Below are positions 37,575-46,293 of a DNA stretch of 64,000 nucleotides, piece after piece. The first letter of the stretch is position 1, and the number at the start of each line of letters is the position of its first letter. Made by a program: the position numbers and the translations under genes. Under the pieces are notes generated by a model, which was given only the letters and a program-made list of their open reading frames with translations, ran no database searches and had not been told where the DNA came from. The stretch comes from Clostridia bacterium (GTDB lineage Bacteria > Bacillota > Clostridia > Oscillospirales > Acutalibacteraceae): the NCBI GenBank assembly GCA_017474205.1, contig JAFVID010000028.1:7647-71646 (forward strand). The letters are read 5' to 3'.

Positions 37575-40058
37575 TTAGAATTGCTCAAACTGTCTCCTAT
37601 ATTCCTCAAACCAAGAGGGTGGGTTTAGTAACACGGTCTCATAATCAATAAGTTCATTTTCGGTAATTGAACTCGTTACAGTAGTTATAACATTATCGAT
37701 GTAGATGTAGGTATTATCAAGAGTTTCAATCCGTCCACTATCAACGTATTTAACACCATCTACAATACCGGTAAGTTCAATTATTATTTTATTAACGTTT
37801 GCAAAACTACCGCCATTTTGGGGGGTGAGATCGATAAATTCCGAAATAGGCATTTTAATATGAGTCCACTTGTTTGCGGGAAGCCAAGCACTAATCAAAG
37901 GCCAAGTAGCGCCCGTTGTATCTTCAATATTGGTATTAACACTGAACTTCCAATTAAAAACAATCTCCTCAGTGGAATAAATATCCATTTCTATATAACT
38001 ATAAGGCGTAATATTGTAGTTGTATTGAAGAGTTTTACTAAACTCCATTTGGTCAATGGTGGTGTTTATGCAGTAGGTGTAACTGCCCTGCGTTGGAGTG
38101 GGAGCACCGCTGTATGAATTTGCCTCTGTGAGTCCAATTAAATCTTCATTTGCAAAATTTGCGGTATATACTTCGCAACCTTCTTCGTTTTCGGCATCAA
38201 ATAGCACTTCAACCGGGAGATAAAGTCCGCCACCACAAGTTACACCGTTTCTATATTCCTCAAACCACTCGGGAGGGTTTTCAAATACGGTATCGATGTC
38301 AATAAGTTCATTATCTTTACCTGCACCGTTCTTGGTTGCGATGATGTTGTCGAAGTAAACGTAGGTGTAATCGGGAGTTGTGGGATATCCATTATCAACA
38401 AGTTCAACACCGTCATAGATGTTGGTTAATAAAAATCTAATACGGTTAATATCGGTTAAAGAACCATCAAATTCACTGAATGCACTAACGGGCATTTTAA
38501 CGTGATACCATCTTTCACCTGGAATCCAAGAATTATTCAAACCCCAGTTGGCACCGTTTATAGCGGCGGTATCGGTAGCGATATCAATATTCAAATTGCA
38601 AACAATTTCAATGTTAGAATATATATCAAACTCAATGTAATCATAAGTCGAAAGATCAACCGAGTCGGGGAAAGTGTAGTTTAACATCATTTGATTTCCC
38701 GTGGTTTTGATGCAGTAAGTATAATCCCCTTGAACGGGCTTTGGAGAACCAAATTGGATGTTTTCAGAAACGGGACCATAATGGGTGCCCTGTTGTTCGG
38801 TATAAATTCCGCAACCCTCACTAGTTTCACAATCGAAAAGCATAAGGGTATCGGGGAGTTGTGCTACTTCCACAGGGAATTTTCTAATCTTCTGAACGGA
38901 ATATTGCAAAACGAGGAGTGCATCCACAGCACTTACTTCGCCATTTCCGTCAACATCGGCATAAAGACGGCGTTTTTCGTTAATTACTGTTTTACCAACC
39001 GAATGTTGGAGAACAACTAACGCATCAGATGCAGTAATTGCATTTTCGTTATCCACATTGCCGTAACGCAAAGCGGGAAGTTCATTTTGACCAAAAATTT
39101 TAAGTTCGTTTTCTTTTCCTGCGCCGTTTCTTGTGGCAACATAATTGTCAAAGTAAATTCCTATCCAAGAGGGGCGTTCTCTTTCTCCACTATTAAAAAG
39201 GGTACTATATTTAACAATATTTTTTAAATTTACTGAAATACGACTAATATTCTCTAAAGATGGAGAGCTGTCGCTTCCCACAAATGCAGAAACGGGAATG
39301 CTTATGTGCACCCATCCCTCACGAAGAACTGCATCTTCTACGGTGTATTCACTTTCTTCTTCTCCTACAAGGGTAACGGATAAATCGCAAACAATATTCA
39401 TAGTAGGATAAACATCAAACTCTATGTATTCATATTCATTGGCATTAAAAGGTTGAGATGCGTTTTCATGCATACCTAAATATCCATTTAATGCGTGAAC
39501 CATGTAGGAGTGTGTTCCTTCAACGGGTTCAGGTGCATAATAACCCATAACATATTCCATTTCTTTAACAGGTCCATGAGTTGAATAACCAATGTCGAAA
39601 CCATTCTCCTCGGTTTCACAGTCAAAAATCTTAAAAAGGTCGTCGGAAGTTTGAGTATCGCTAACTACAACAGTACATTCATCATAGGCATAGGCACCAA
39701 ATCCGCCACGTTCTACCTTAACAATGGTTGTGCCTGTTTTAAGCGCAGTAATTACAGCGGTTTGATTTACCAAATTATCAGGATATGCCACATTACCCTC
39801 TTCGCCACCGGTAAGTTGCAAACTTACAATTTCATCATCGGCTACAGTCCAGGTTTCGTAATTAGGGTTCCCAGTCGGAACAGAAGTTTCATACGCCAAA
39901 TTTACTTCCGAAATATTCAGTTCTGCTTGTTCCCCGACTTTAAGATAAATAATATCTTTGTCGAGGGTTACGTAAGACTCATTTTCCTCTGCACTGGCAG
40001 GGACAATAATTGACAGGGATAATACAAGGGTTAAAAGAATCGCTATAACTTTTTTCAC
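37575..40058 (-). CDS. secreted multi-module protein: Ig-like (Big_2-type) domain, three copies of the unassigned module, internal dockerin
   Basis: A GTG start at 40058 (GGAG 9 nt upstream) gives MKKVIAILLTLVLSLSIIVPASA. The track ORF extends to 40100. Modules 2 and 3 each end in an (E/L)NPP(E/S)WFEEYR motif. Confidence 0.8.
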   Translation of the reverse strand: MKKVIAILLTLVLSLSIIVPASAEENESYVTLDKDIIYLKVGEQAELNISEVNLAYETSVPTGNPNYETWTVADDEIVSLQLTGGEEGNVAYPDNLVNQTAVITALKTGTTIVKVERGGFGAYAYDECTVVVSDTQTSDDLFKIFDCETEENGFDIGYSTHGPVKEMEYVMGYYAPEPVEGTHSYMVHALNGYLGMHENASQPFNANEYEYIEFDVYPTMNIVCDLSVTLVGEEESEYTVEDAVLREGWVHISIPVSAFVGSDSSPSLENISRISVNLKNIVKYSTLFNSGERERPSWIGIYFDNYVATRNGAGKENELKIFGQNELPALRYGNVDNENAITASDALVVLQHSVGKTVINEKRRLYADVDGNGEVSAVDALLVLQYSVQKIRKFPVEVAQLPDTLMLFDCETSEGCGIYTEQQGTHYGPVSENIQFGSPKPVQGDYTYCIKTTGNQMMLNYTFPDSVDLSTYDYIEFDIYSNIEIVCNLNIDIATDTAAINGANWGLNNSWIPGERWYHVKMPVSAFSEFDGSLTDINRIRFLLTNIYDGVELVDNGYPTTPDYTYVYFDNIIATKNGAGKDNELIDIDTVFENPPEWFEEYRNGVTCGGGLYLPVEVLFDAENEEGCEVYTANFANEDLIGLTEANSYSGAPTPTQGSYTYCINTTIDQMEFSKTLQYNYNITPYSYIEMDIYSTEEIVFNWKFSVNTNIEDTTGATWPLISAWLPANKWTHIKMPISEFIDLTPQNGGSFANVNKIIIELTGIVDGVKYVDSGRIETLDNTYIYIDNVITTVTSSITENELIDYETVLLNPPSWFEEYRRQFEQF
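38877..39065 (-). other. internal dockerin module
   Basis: YGNVDNENAITASDALVVLQHSVGK...ADVDGNGEVSAVDALLVLQYSVQK lies between module 1 and module 2 (aa ~346-408 of the track ORF). Confidence 0.75.
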
Positions 40059-40235
40059 AGGGTACATCTCCTTTTCAATATTTTTGAGACCTTTCCACAA
40101 TCATTATACATCAAAATTTTCAAAAAAGTCAATATTTTTTTGGCATAATGACTATGGGGTGCCTATATTATACTCGATTTGTAGAGCATTGTCAAGTAAT
40201 AGAGCATATTTTATCATAAAATCAGAGGTGATTTG

Positions 40236-40439
40236 ATGATTTCTTATGCCCCCTTTTATAAAACATTAAAGGAAAAAGGCGTTTCTACATACAAACTAAT
40301 AAACGAATACGGACTTAGCCGAAGTTTACTGGATAGATTAAAACACAACAAACCCATAAGCACCGTAACACTTAACGATTTATGCACCATTTTGCATTGT
40401 AAGGTTGAGGATGTTTTGCTGTTTGTGGAAGACGAATAA
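40236..40439 (+). CDS. small XRE/Cro-type HTH protein
   Basis: 67 aa from the ATG at 40236 (AGAGGTG RBS). It is a paralogue of 59583..59789 (shared ...ISY..F/LW.T.KE.GV..Y.LI......S......L..N...S..T...C.IL.C.VED...F). Direct repeats TAGAGCAT occur at 40182 and 40200 upstream. Confidence 0.7.
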   Translation: MISYAPFYKTLKEKGVSTYKLINEYGLSRSLLDRLKHNKPISTVTLNDLCTILHCKVEDVLLFVEDE

Positions 40440-40471
40440 AAAAGGCAGGTTGACGTTTCAACCTGTTTTTT
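40438..40471 (+). terminator. rho-independent terminator
   Basis: CAGGTTGA-CGTT-TCAACCTG (40446-40465) followed by TTTTTT. Same stem family as 42693-42716. Confidence 0.8.
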
Positions 40472-40473
40472 AA

Positions 40474-40526
40474 TTGAAAATTGAAAATGGAAAGTTGAAA
40501 ATTGTGGTGTCGGGATAAATCCCGAC
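40474..40526 (+). repeat. TTGAAAA heptamer array plus GTCGGGA-TAAA-TCCCGAC hairpin (copy B)
   Basis: TTGAAAA TTGAAAA TGGAAAG TTGAAAA TTGTGGT then GTCGGGATAAATCCCGAC. Confidence 0.8.
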
Positions 40527-40570
40527 GGATTTAGAAAAGGGAAATGTGGAATATTATGGTATTTCACAAA

Positions 40571-40626
40571 TATCTATTATCTATTCTCTATTATCTCTTA
40601 TCTATTATCTAATTCTCAATTTTCCT
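40571..40626 (+). repeat. TATCTAT-type heptamer array
   Basis: TATCTAT TATCTAT TCTCTAT TATCTCT TATCTAT TATCTAA TTCTCAA TTTTCCT. Confidence 0.7.
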
Positions 40627-40689
40627 GTTGACCAACCGATAAATATTTGATAAAATAAATTCAACTTAAATTATAAAGGAAATATTTTT

Positions 40690-40989
40690 ATGCTTACAAG
40701 TAAACAACGTGCCGCACTTCGCGGTCAAGCCAACAAAATGGAAACCATTCTTCAAATCGGCAAGGACGGAATTAGCGAAAATACCATAAATCAGGTTGAT
40801 GATGCCCTCACCGCCCGTGAACTTATTAAACTTCGCGTTTTAGATAACTGTCCCCTCACCGCAAGGGAAGCATCGGATGAACTTTGCACTGCTTTAGGTT
40901 GCGACGGTGTGCAGGTTATCGGCTCCCGTTTTGTGCTTTTCAGAAGAAACGAAGAAAAGGCAAAATACGACGAATTTCTTAAAAAATAA
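40690..40989 (+). CDS. yhbY: YhbY-family (CRM-domain) RNA-binding protein
   Basis: 99 aa. LTSKQRAALRGQAN....LQIGKDGI......QVDDAL..RELIK pattern. Confidence 0.8.
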   Translation: MLTSKQRAALRGQANKMETILQIGKDGISENTINQVDDALTARELIKLRVLDNCPLTAREASDELCTALGCDGVQVIGSRFVLFRRNEEKAKYDEFLKK

Positions 40990-42654
40990 ATGAATACTGT
41001 TATTGGATGTCTTAATTCAAAATATATCCACGCATCTCTCTCCCCTTGGTGTTTGCTTTCGGGGGTAAGGGCCTTTGCTAAGGAATATCATAACCCACTT
41101 GTCTGGGAAGGCACCATTAACGGCGACCTTTTAGATTATGCTGCAACTATTGAGGAAATGTCCCCTCAGGTTGCGGCTTTTTCTTGTTATATTTGGAACG
41201 TTGAAAAGACCTTAACACTTTGCAAAATCTTAAAGGATAAATTAGACTGCAAAATTATTTTGGGCGGACCCGAAGTGGCGTATCGTGCAAAAAAAGTTTT
41301 GGAAGAATATGATTTTGTTGACTTCGTTTTATCGGGAGAAGGAGAATATAACTTCCCTCTTCTTTTGGATGAACTTAAAAATGAAAACGAAAATTTCCAT
41401 AATATTTTTGGTCTGACTTTTAGAAAAAACGGTGAGATAATTCTTGTCCCCGAAAGAATAGAAACCACCACTCCGCCATCCCCCTTTTGCAAAGATTTTT
41501 TTGAAAATCTTCGGGGCAGGATTTGTTACGTGGAAACATCCCGCGGATGCCCCTACAGTTGTGCTTTTTGTCTTTCGGGCAGATGCTCTCCCCTTCGTTT
41601 TTTCGATATTGAGCAGGTGAAAAAGGATATAATTTCTCTTGCAAACAGCGGGACAAAAACGGTAAAGTTTGTTGACCGCACCTTTAATGCAAAGGAAAAA
41701 AGAGCCAACGAAATTTTAGAATTTATTTTAGAGAATATCGGCAAAACAATTCCAAAAAACGTTTGCTTTCACTTTGAAATCGCAGGTGATATTTTAAGGG
41801 AAAGCACCTTGGAAATCCTTAAAAAGTTCCCAAAAAATTCGGTGCAACTTGAAATTGGAATGCAAAGTTTTAATGAGGATGTTCTTAAAAATATAAATCG
41901 AAAAACCAACACAAAAAAATTGATTGAAAATATAAACACCTTAATTTCTTTTGGCAATATGCACATCCACATTGACCTTATTGCAGGTCTTACGGGGGAA
42001 GATTTTGAAAGTTTTCGTCGCAGTTTTAATATCGGTTATTCTCTTAACGCCCACATGTTGCAACTGGGATTTTTGAAACTTTTGCACGGTGCCGATATGC
42101 GAGAAAATTCTAATAAATATCCCTGCGAGTTTTTGGATATTCCCCCATATCAAGTTACAAAAACTCCTTGGTTATCGGCAGAAGAAATGGAGAAAATATC
42201 CCTTTGCGAAGATGCTTTAGAGCGAATGTATAACAGCGGAAGATTCTTAAAAACTCTTGAACTTTTAGGCGTGGGAAAAGAAATTTCCGCCTTTGATTTC
42301 TTTCTAAATCTTGGCGAAAGAATAAACGGAAACGGATTATCTCTTACAAAATATGCCGAAAATTTATTTGAAATTTTAAGTGAAAATTATGATAAAAAAA
42401 TCCTTCGTGATGCCATCGTTTCCGACCTGATAATTTCGGGATGTCATTTGCAAATTCCCGAAGCGTTAAAGATAAAGGATAAAAAACTTTCGAAAATTAA
42501 GAAGAAATTAAACGCAAAAAACACTCAAAATAAATTCGCAATTCTATATAGCGAAAACAAAGTTTTGGTGTGCGATTATAACACATCCCCCGACCTTTTT
42601 GGTCGATACACCGCCACCTATTATCCAATTGAATATTTTGATGACGAAGAGTAA
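40990..42654 (+). CDS. B12-binding-domain radical SAM protein with DUF4080-like C-terminus
   Basis: 554 aa with an N-terminal cobalamin-binding-like domain, a CxxxCxxC cluster (CPYSCAFC) and a long C-terminal extension. The start abuts the yhbY stop. Confidence 0.8.
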   Translation: MNTVIGCLNSKYIHASLSPWCLLSGVRAFAKEYHNPLVWEGTINGDLLDYAATIEEMSPQVAAFSCYIWNVEKTLTLCKILKDKLDCKIILGGPEVAYRAKKVLEEYDFVDFVLSGEGEYNFPLLLDELKNENENFHNIFGLTFRKNGEIILVPERIETTTPPSPFCKDFFENLRGRICYVETSRGCPYSCAFCLSGRCSPLRFFDIEQVKKDIISLANSGTKTVKFVDRTFNAKEKRANEILEFILENIGKTIPKNVCFHFEIAGDILRESTLEILKKFPKNSVQLEIGMQSFNEDVLKNINRKTNTKKLIENINTLISFGNMHIHIDLIAGLTGEDFESFRRSFNIGYSLNAHMLQLGFLKLLHGADMRENSNKYPCEFLDIPPYQVTKTPWLSAEEMEKISLCEDALERMYNSGRFLKTLELLGVGKEISAFDFFLNLGERINGNGLSLTKYAENLFEILSENYDKKILRDAIVSDLIISGCHLQIPEALKIKDKKLSKIKKKLNAKNTQNKFAILYSENKVLVCDYNTSPDLFGRYTATYYPIEYFDDEE

Positions 42655-42689
42655 CATTTTCCACTTTCCATTTTCAATTTTACATTTAA
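42655..42689 (-). repeat. TTGAAAA-type heptamer array (copy C, inverted)
   Basis: The plus strand CATTTTC CACTTTC CATTTTC AATTTTA CATTTAA is the reverse complement of GAAAATG GAAAGTG GAAAATG-type units seen at 40474-40501. Confidence 0.75.
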
Positions 42690-42723
42690 AAACAGGTTGA
42701 CCGATTGGTCAACCTGTTTTTTT
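42688..42723. terminator. bidirectional terminator
   Basis: CAGGTTGACC-GATT-GGTCAACCTG (42693-42716) is flanked by A- and T-runs. It is shared by the radical SAM gene (+) and degV (-). Confidence 0.85.
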
Positions 42724-43612
42724 ATGCTATTCTTTCGTCTCCGTAGAAGAAGAGGGCGACGGTGCCTTCTCCGCAATGGGATGCAATAATGGTGCCGATA
42801 TTTACTATTTTAATTCTCTCCTCGGCATCGGGGAAATAGGGCAGAAATGCCCGGCGGGTTTCTTTTGCAAGTTCAATGCAGTTTGAATGGGCGATATAAA
42901 ATTTATCATCATAATTTTTGCCGTCGCGGATGTGTGCCATTACCTCATCCACCGTCATTTTAATTGCAATTTTTTTGCTTCGTGCCTTGGTGTAATTTAT
43001 AATTTGTCCCGCTTTGTTAAGTCGCATAATAGGACAAATTCCAAGCACACTTGCTATTGTGCCAATGGGACCCGATACACGTCCGCTACGCTTAAACATT
43101 GTAACGTCGGTAGAGAAAAATTGATGCTGAACGTTGTATCGACTATCGTAAAGCCACTTTTCGATTTCCTCCATAGATGCACCCTTATCTCGCATATCGG
43201 CGGCACTATCTACAAAGATACCGTATCCAACACAACTGCAAAGGGAATCCACAACAATTATCTTTCTTTCGGGATATTTTTCTCTTAATTTTTCAGCTGC
43301 TTCCACCGCATTATTGTAAGATGGTGTCATTCCCGTACCAAAGGCAATGTGAAGAAGGTCACCCTTCTTAAGAAGTTCTTCAAAATATTCCTCATAACGG
43401 AAGGTGTTGATTTGCGATGTAGAGGGCAAACTTCCCGCCTTTATCATCGAATAAAAATTCTCAAGGGCTTTTGGGTCTCTGCCCATATCGTCAACGTATT
43501 CTTCGCCATCGATAACGTAGTTATAAAAGATAACCGAAATATCTCTGCCGCTGATGTATTCATAGGGCAGGTCAACGGTTGATTCGCAGGAAAGAATAAA
43601 ATTGTATTTCAT
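42722..43612 (-). CDS. DegV-family fatty-acid-binding protein
   Basis: Start at MKYNFILSCESTVDLP (GGAG 9 nt upstream). Typical DegV length and blocks. Confidence 0.85.
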   Translation of the reverse strand: MKYNFILSCESTVDLPYEYISGRDISVIFYNYVIDGEEYVDDMGRDPKALENFYSMIKAGSLPSTSQINTFRYEEYFEELLKKGDLLHIAFGTGMTPSYNNAVEAAEKLREKYPERKIIVVDSLCSCVGYGIFVDSAADMRDKGASMEEIEKWLYDSRYNVQHQFFSTDVTMFKRSGRVSGPIGTIASVLGICPIMRLNKAGQIINYTKARSKKIAIKMTVDEVMAHIRDGKNYDDKFYIAHSNCIELAKETRRAFLPYFPDAEERIKIVNIGTIIASHCGEGTVALFFYGDERIA

Positions 43613-43790
43613 AATATATAACTCCAATCAAAAATTATCGGCATCTTTTGCCAACACAAGGAATTATATGCCATGATATTAAACAAATCAATCTACCTTT
43701 GCATTTTACAACTATACACTAAATTCTGCCTTGGTAGAGTTGCAAAAACCTCACTCTACTGTGAGTAGAGTGAGGTTTTTTGATGTATAA

Positions 43791-44429
43791 TTAATCCTGT
43801 TTATGCTTTTTAAAAAGCTTTTCAGATTTGTCTTTCGGTCTTTTCTTAACCACCGACCACAGTGTAATTATCAACTGAGCAGGAATACCTACAAGATAAA
43901 CTCTCCAGATGTTCATTCCAAAGGTTAAAAAGGAAAGATGCAACGATAAAAGTCCGCTCCACATTAAAAGTGATATAATAAAATAATTTCTTTTGCGATT
44001 AAACCAAATGCTGTTGAATACGAGCCACACAATTCCCGAAACGGGTAGGGCATAAATAAAGAGCAACCAGGTTGGAATAACAGTCCCCCCCATAAGTTCA
44101 ATAACCACAAAGGAAAGCACCGTAACAAACCACACCGCAAGTACGGCCAAAGCGGTGATTATTCCATGACTGTATCTACCCATCTTTCTTTTGCCATAAA
44201 ATCTTTCATCCAGGGTGTGGTCTTCCTTAAAAAGATAGTCAAGGGTAACACCGAAAAGTTCCGAAATGCTAATGAGAACGGTAACGTCGGGAACCGACTC
44301 TCCCCTTTCCCATTTAGATACCGCCTTGTCGGTATAATTAAGTTTTTCGGCAAGTTCAAGTTGAGTCATTTTATTTTCGGTGCGAAGTTCTGTTAAATTT
44401 TTCGCAAAAATTTCTTTAATATCTTTCAT
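43791..44429 (-). CDS. membrane-anchored XRE-family HTH regulator
   Basis: From MKDIKEIFAKNLTELR. It has an HTH (MTQLELAEKLNYTDKAVSKWERG) followed by about four TM helices. Confidence 0.7.
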   Translation of the reverse strand: MKDIKEIFAKNLTELRTENKMTQLELAEKLNYTDKAVSKWERGESVPDVTVLISISELFGVTLDYLFKEDHTLDERFYGKRKMGRYSHGIITALAVLAVWFVTVLSFVVIELMGGTVIPTWLLFIYALPVSGIVWLVFNSIWFNRKRNYFIISLLMWSGLLSLHLSFLTFGMNIWRVYLVGIPAQLIITLWSVVKKRPKDKSEKLFKKHKQD

Positions 44430-44446
44430 AAAACGTTCCCAAAATT

Positions 44447-45202
44447 TTATAAATATTTTATTGCCTCCACCGCGATTTTGCATGCGGTTTCGGTATCCAT
44501 TATCTCTTTGCAGTCAAGGCCTTTTGCGTGGCGTTCTTGATTCCACACGGCGGATAAAACCATCCCCGCTTTAACGCCCCTTGCGGATGCCACGGTAAAT
44601 AGGGTTGCCCCCTCCATTTCGGATGCAAGTACCCCAAGTCGTTTCCACGCCGACCATTTTTCGGTTAGTTCATCGCATACGGGGGATGTTTCGGGGGAAT
44701 GTTGTCCGTAAAAAGAATCCTTTGATTGAACGATTCCTACGTGAACCTTTTTATCAAATTTTTTTGATGCCTCGTTTAGTGCCGATACCACCGAAAAATC
44801 GGCAGTTGCAGGGAATTCAATAGGGGCATAGTGAAGGGCGGTGCCTTCTTGTCGGACAGCCGACGTTGCGATGACAATATCTCCGCCGTCAACCTCTAAA
44901 TTTATGCCTCCGCAGGTTCCAATGCGAATAAAGGTGGTAACCCCTGCCTGAATTAACTCCTCAACGGCAATCGCGGTGGATGGACCACCTATTCCGGTAG
45001 AGCAAACAAAAACTTTTTTGCCTTCCACCTCGCCCAAAACGGTGCGATATTCTCTTTTATGGGCGATAAAGGTGGGGTTTTCAAGATATTTTGCTATTTT
45101 GTCTACCCTGCCAGGGTCTCCCGGCAAAATTGCAAAGTCGCCCTTAATTTCGGGACTAAATCCCAAATGAAAAAGTTCCGATTTGTTGGATTCTTTTAAC
45201 AT
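44447..45202 (-). CDS. udp: uridine phosphorylase (PNP/UDP family 1)
   Basis: From MLKESNK (GGAGG RBS). Blocks ILPGDPGRV, STGIGGPS and IRIGTCGG. Confidence 0.8.
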   Translation of the reverse strand: MLKESNKSELFHLGFSPEIKGDFAILPGDPGRVDKIAKYLENPTFIAHKREYRTVLGEVEGKKVFVCSTGIGGPSTAIAVEELIQAGVTTFIRIGTCGGINLEVDGGDIVIATSAVRQEGTALHYAPIEFPATADFSVVSALNEASKKFDKKVHVGIVQSKDSFYGQHSPETSPVCDELTEKWSAWKRLGVLASEMEGATLFTVASARGVKAGMVLSAVWNQERHAKGLDCKEIMDTETACKIAVEAIKYL

Positions 45203-45338
45203 ATCGCACCTCCAAGAAAAAATTCTATCCTTTATTATAACATCCCTTTCAAAAAAACGCAAGTGCGAAGAGGGGATTGAATTTTAGCAAAATTTATATT
45301 AAAATGTAGTAAAATATCGAAAAAACGGCGGTGAAAAA

Positions 45339-46211
45339 ATGTATAAAACCCTTAATCAGCATAACCACAAAAAGTTTGGATGCAAGGTATATAAACTGTC
45401 CATTGAGGGTGGTTTCACCTGTCCTAACCGCGACGGCACAAAGGGTGTGGGTGGATGCATTTTTTGTTCCGCCTTCGGTAGCGGAGAATTTGCATCACCT
45501 AAAACGGGAAACATTATTGACCAACTTGAAGAGGCAAAGAAGAGGGTTGAGGGCAAAAACAAAGGCGGAAAATATATGGCGTATTTTCAGTCATTCACAA
45601 ACACCTACGCCCCCGTAGACATCCTTGAAAAAATGTATCTCGAAGCGATAAAACCCGATTATATTGTAGGATTATCCATCGCCACCCGTCCCGATTGTAT
45701 TGATAAACATATAGTTGAACTTCTTAAAAAAATAAACCAAATCAAACCCGTTACGGTGGAGTTAGGACTGCAAACATCCAACGAAAAAAGCGGAGAATTT
45801 ATTAACCGATGCTACACCAATGAGGATTACATCCGCTCGATGAAGATGCTAAAAGAGGCAAATATCGAAACCGTAACCCACATTATTTTAGGACTCCCCT
45901 TTGAAACCCAAGACGATATGCTCACCACCACGAAATTCGCCATAGATAACAAAACCGACGGAGTAAAATTTCATCTTCTCCACGTGGTAAAGGGAACAAA
46001 ACTTTGCGAAACTTATGAAAAGGGAGAGTTTGAAACCTTATCCCTTGAAGAATATGCCGAAATTCTTAAAAGGTGTATATCCCTTTTGCCAAAAGATACG
46101 GTAGTCCACCGCATAACCGGGGACGGGGATAAGAAAACCTTGGTCGCCCCCCTCTGGTCGGCAGATAAAAAATACGTACTAAATTTCCTTAATAAATATT
46201 TAAGTGAATAA
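45339..46211 (+). CDS. TIGR01212-family radical SAM protein
   Basis: 290 aa. The N-terminal block KVYKLSIEGGFTCPNRDGT.G.GGCIFC is characteristic of this family. Confidence 0.8.
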   Translation: MYKTLNQHNHKKFGCKVYKLSIEGGFTCPNRDGTKGVGGCIFCSAFGSGEFASPKTGNIIDQLEEAKKRVEGKNKGGKYMAYFQSFTNTYAPVDILEKMYLEAIKPDYIVGLSIATRPDCIDKHIVELLKKINQIKPVTVELGLQTSNEKSGEFINRCYTNEDYIRSMKMLKEANIETVTHIILGLPFETQDDMLTTTKFAIDNKTDGVKFHLLHVVKGTKLCETYEKGEFETLSLEEYAEILKRCISLLPKDTVVHRITGDGDKKTLVAPLWSADKKYVLNFLNKYLSE

Positions 46212-46218
46212 AAAAACG

Positions 46219-46258
46219 AAACTACCCGAAGAAGGAGAATCCTTTTCGGGTAGTTTTT
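46219..46258 (+). terminator. rho-independent terminator
   Basis: 12-bp stem AAACTACCCGAA / TTCGGGTAGTTT with inner AAGGA/TCCTT pairs, then a T-run. Confidence 0.8.
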
Positions 46259-46293
46259 ATAATTTTATACTGTTTTGAAGAAAAAGTTTCCTA

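Noticed and set aside
40256-40567. 103-aa minus-strand ORF
   Set aside because: It is antisense to the XRE gene and runs through the terminator and heptamer repeats. It has no RBS.
40474-40626. Possible CRISPR array, given the repeated short units
   Set aside because: The period is only 7 bp with no unique spacers, the units are degenerate, and no cas genes or leader are present. These are tandem repeats, not CRISPR.
40438-42723. Composite transposon carrying yhbY and the radical SAM gene
   Set aside because: There is no transposase, no clear target-site duplication, and the cargo looks like core genes. I kept it only as a repeat-architecture observation, not as a mobile-element call.
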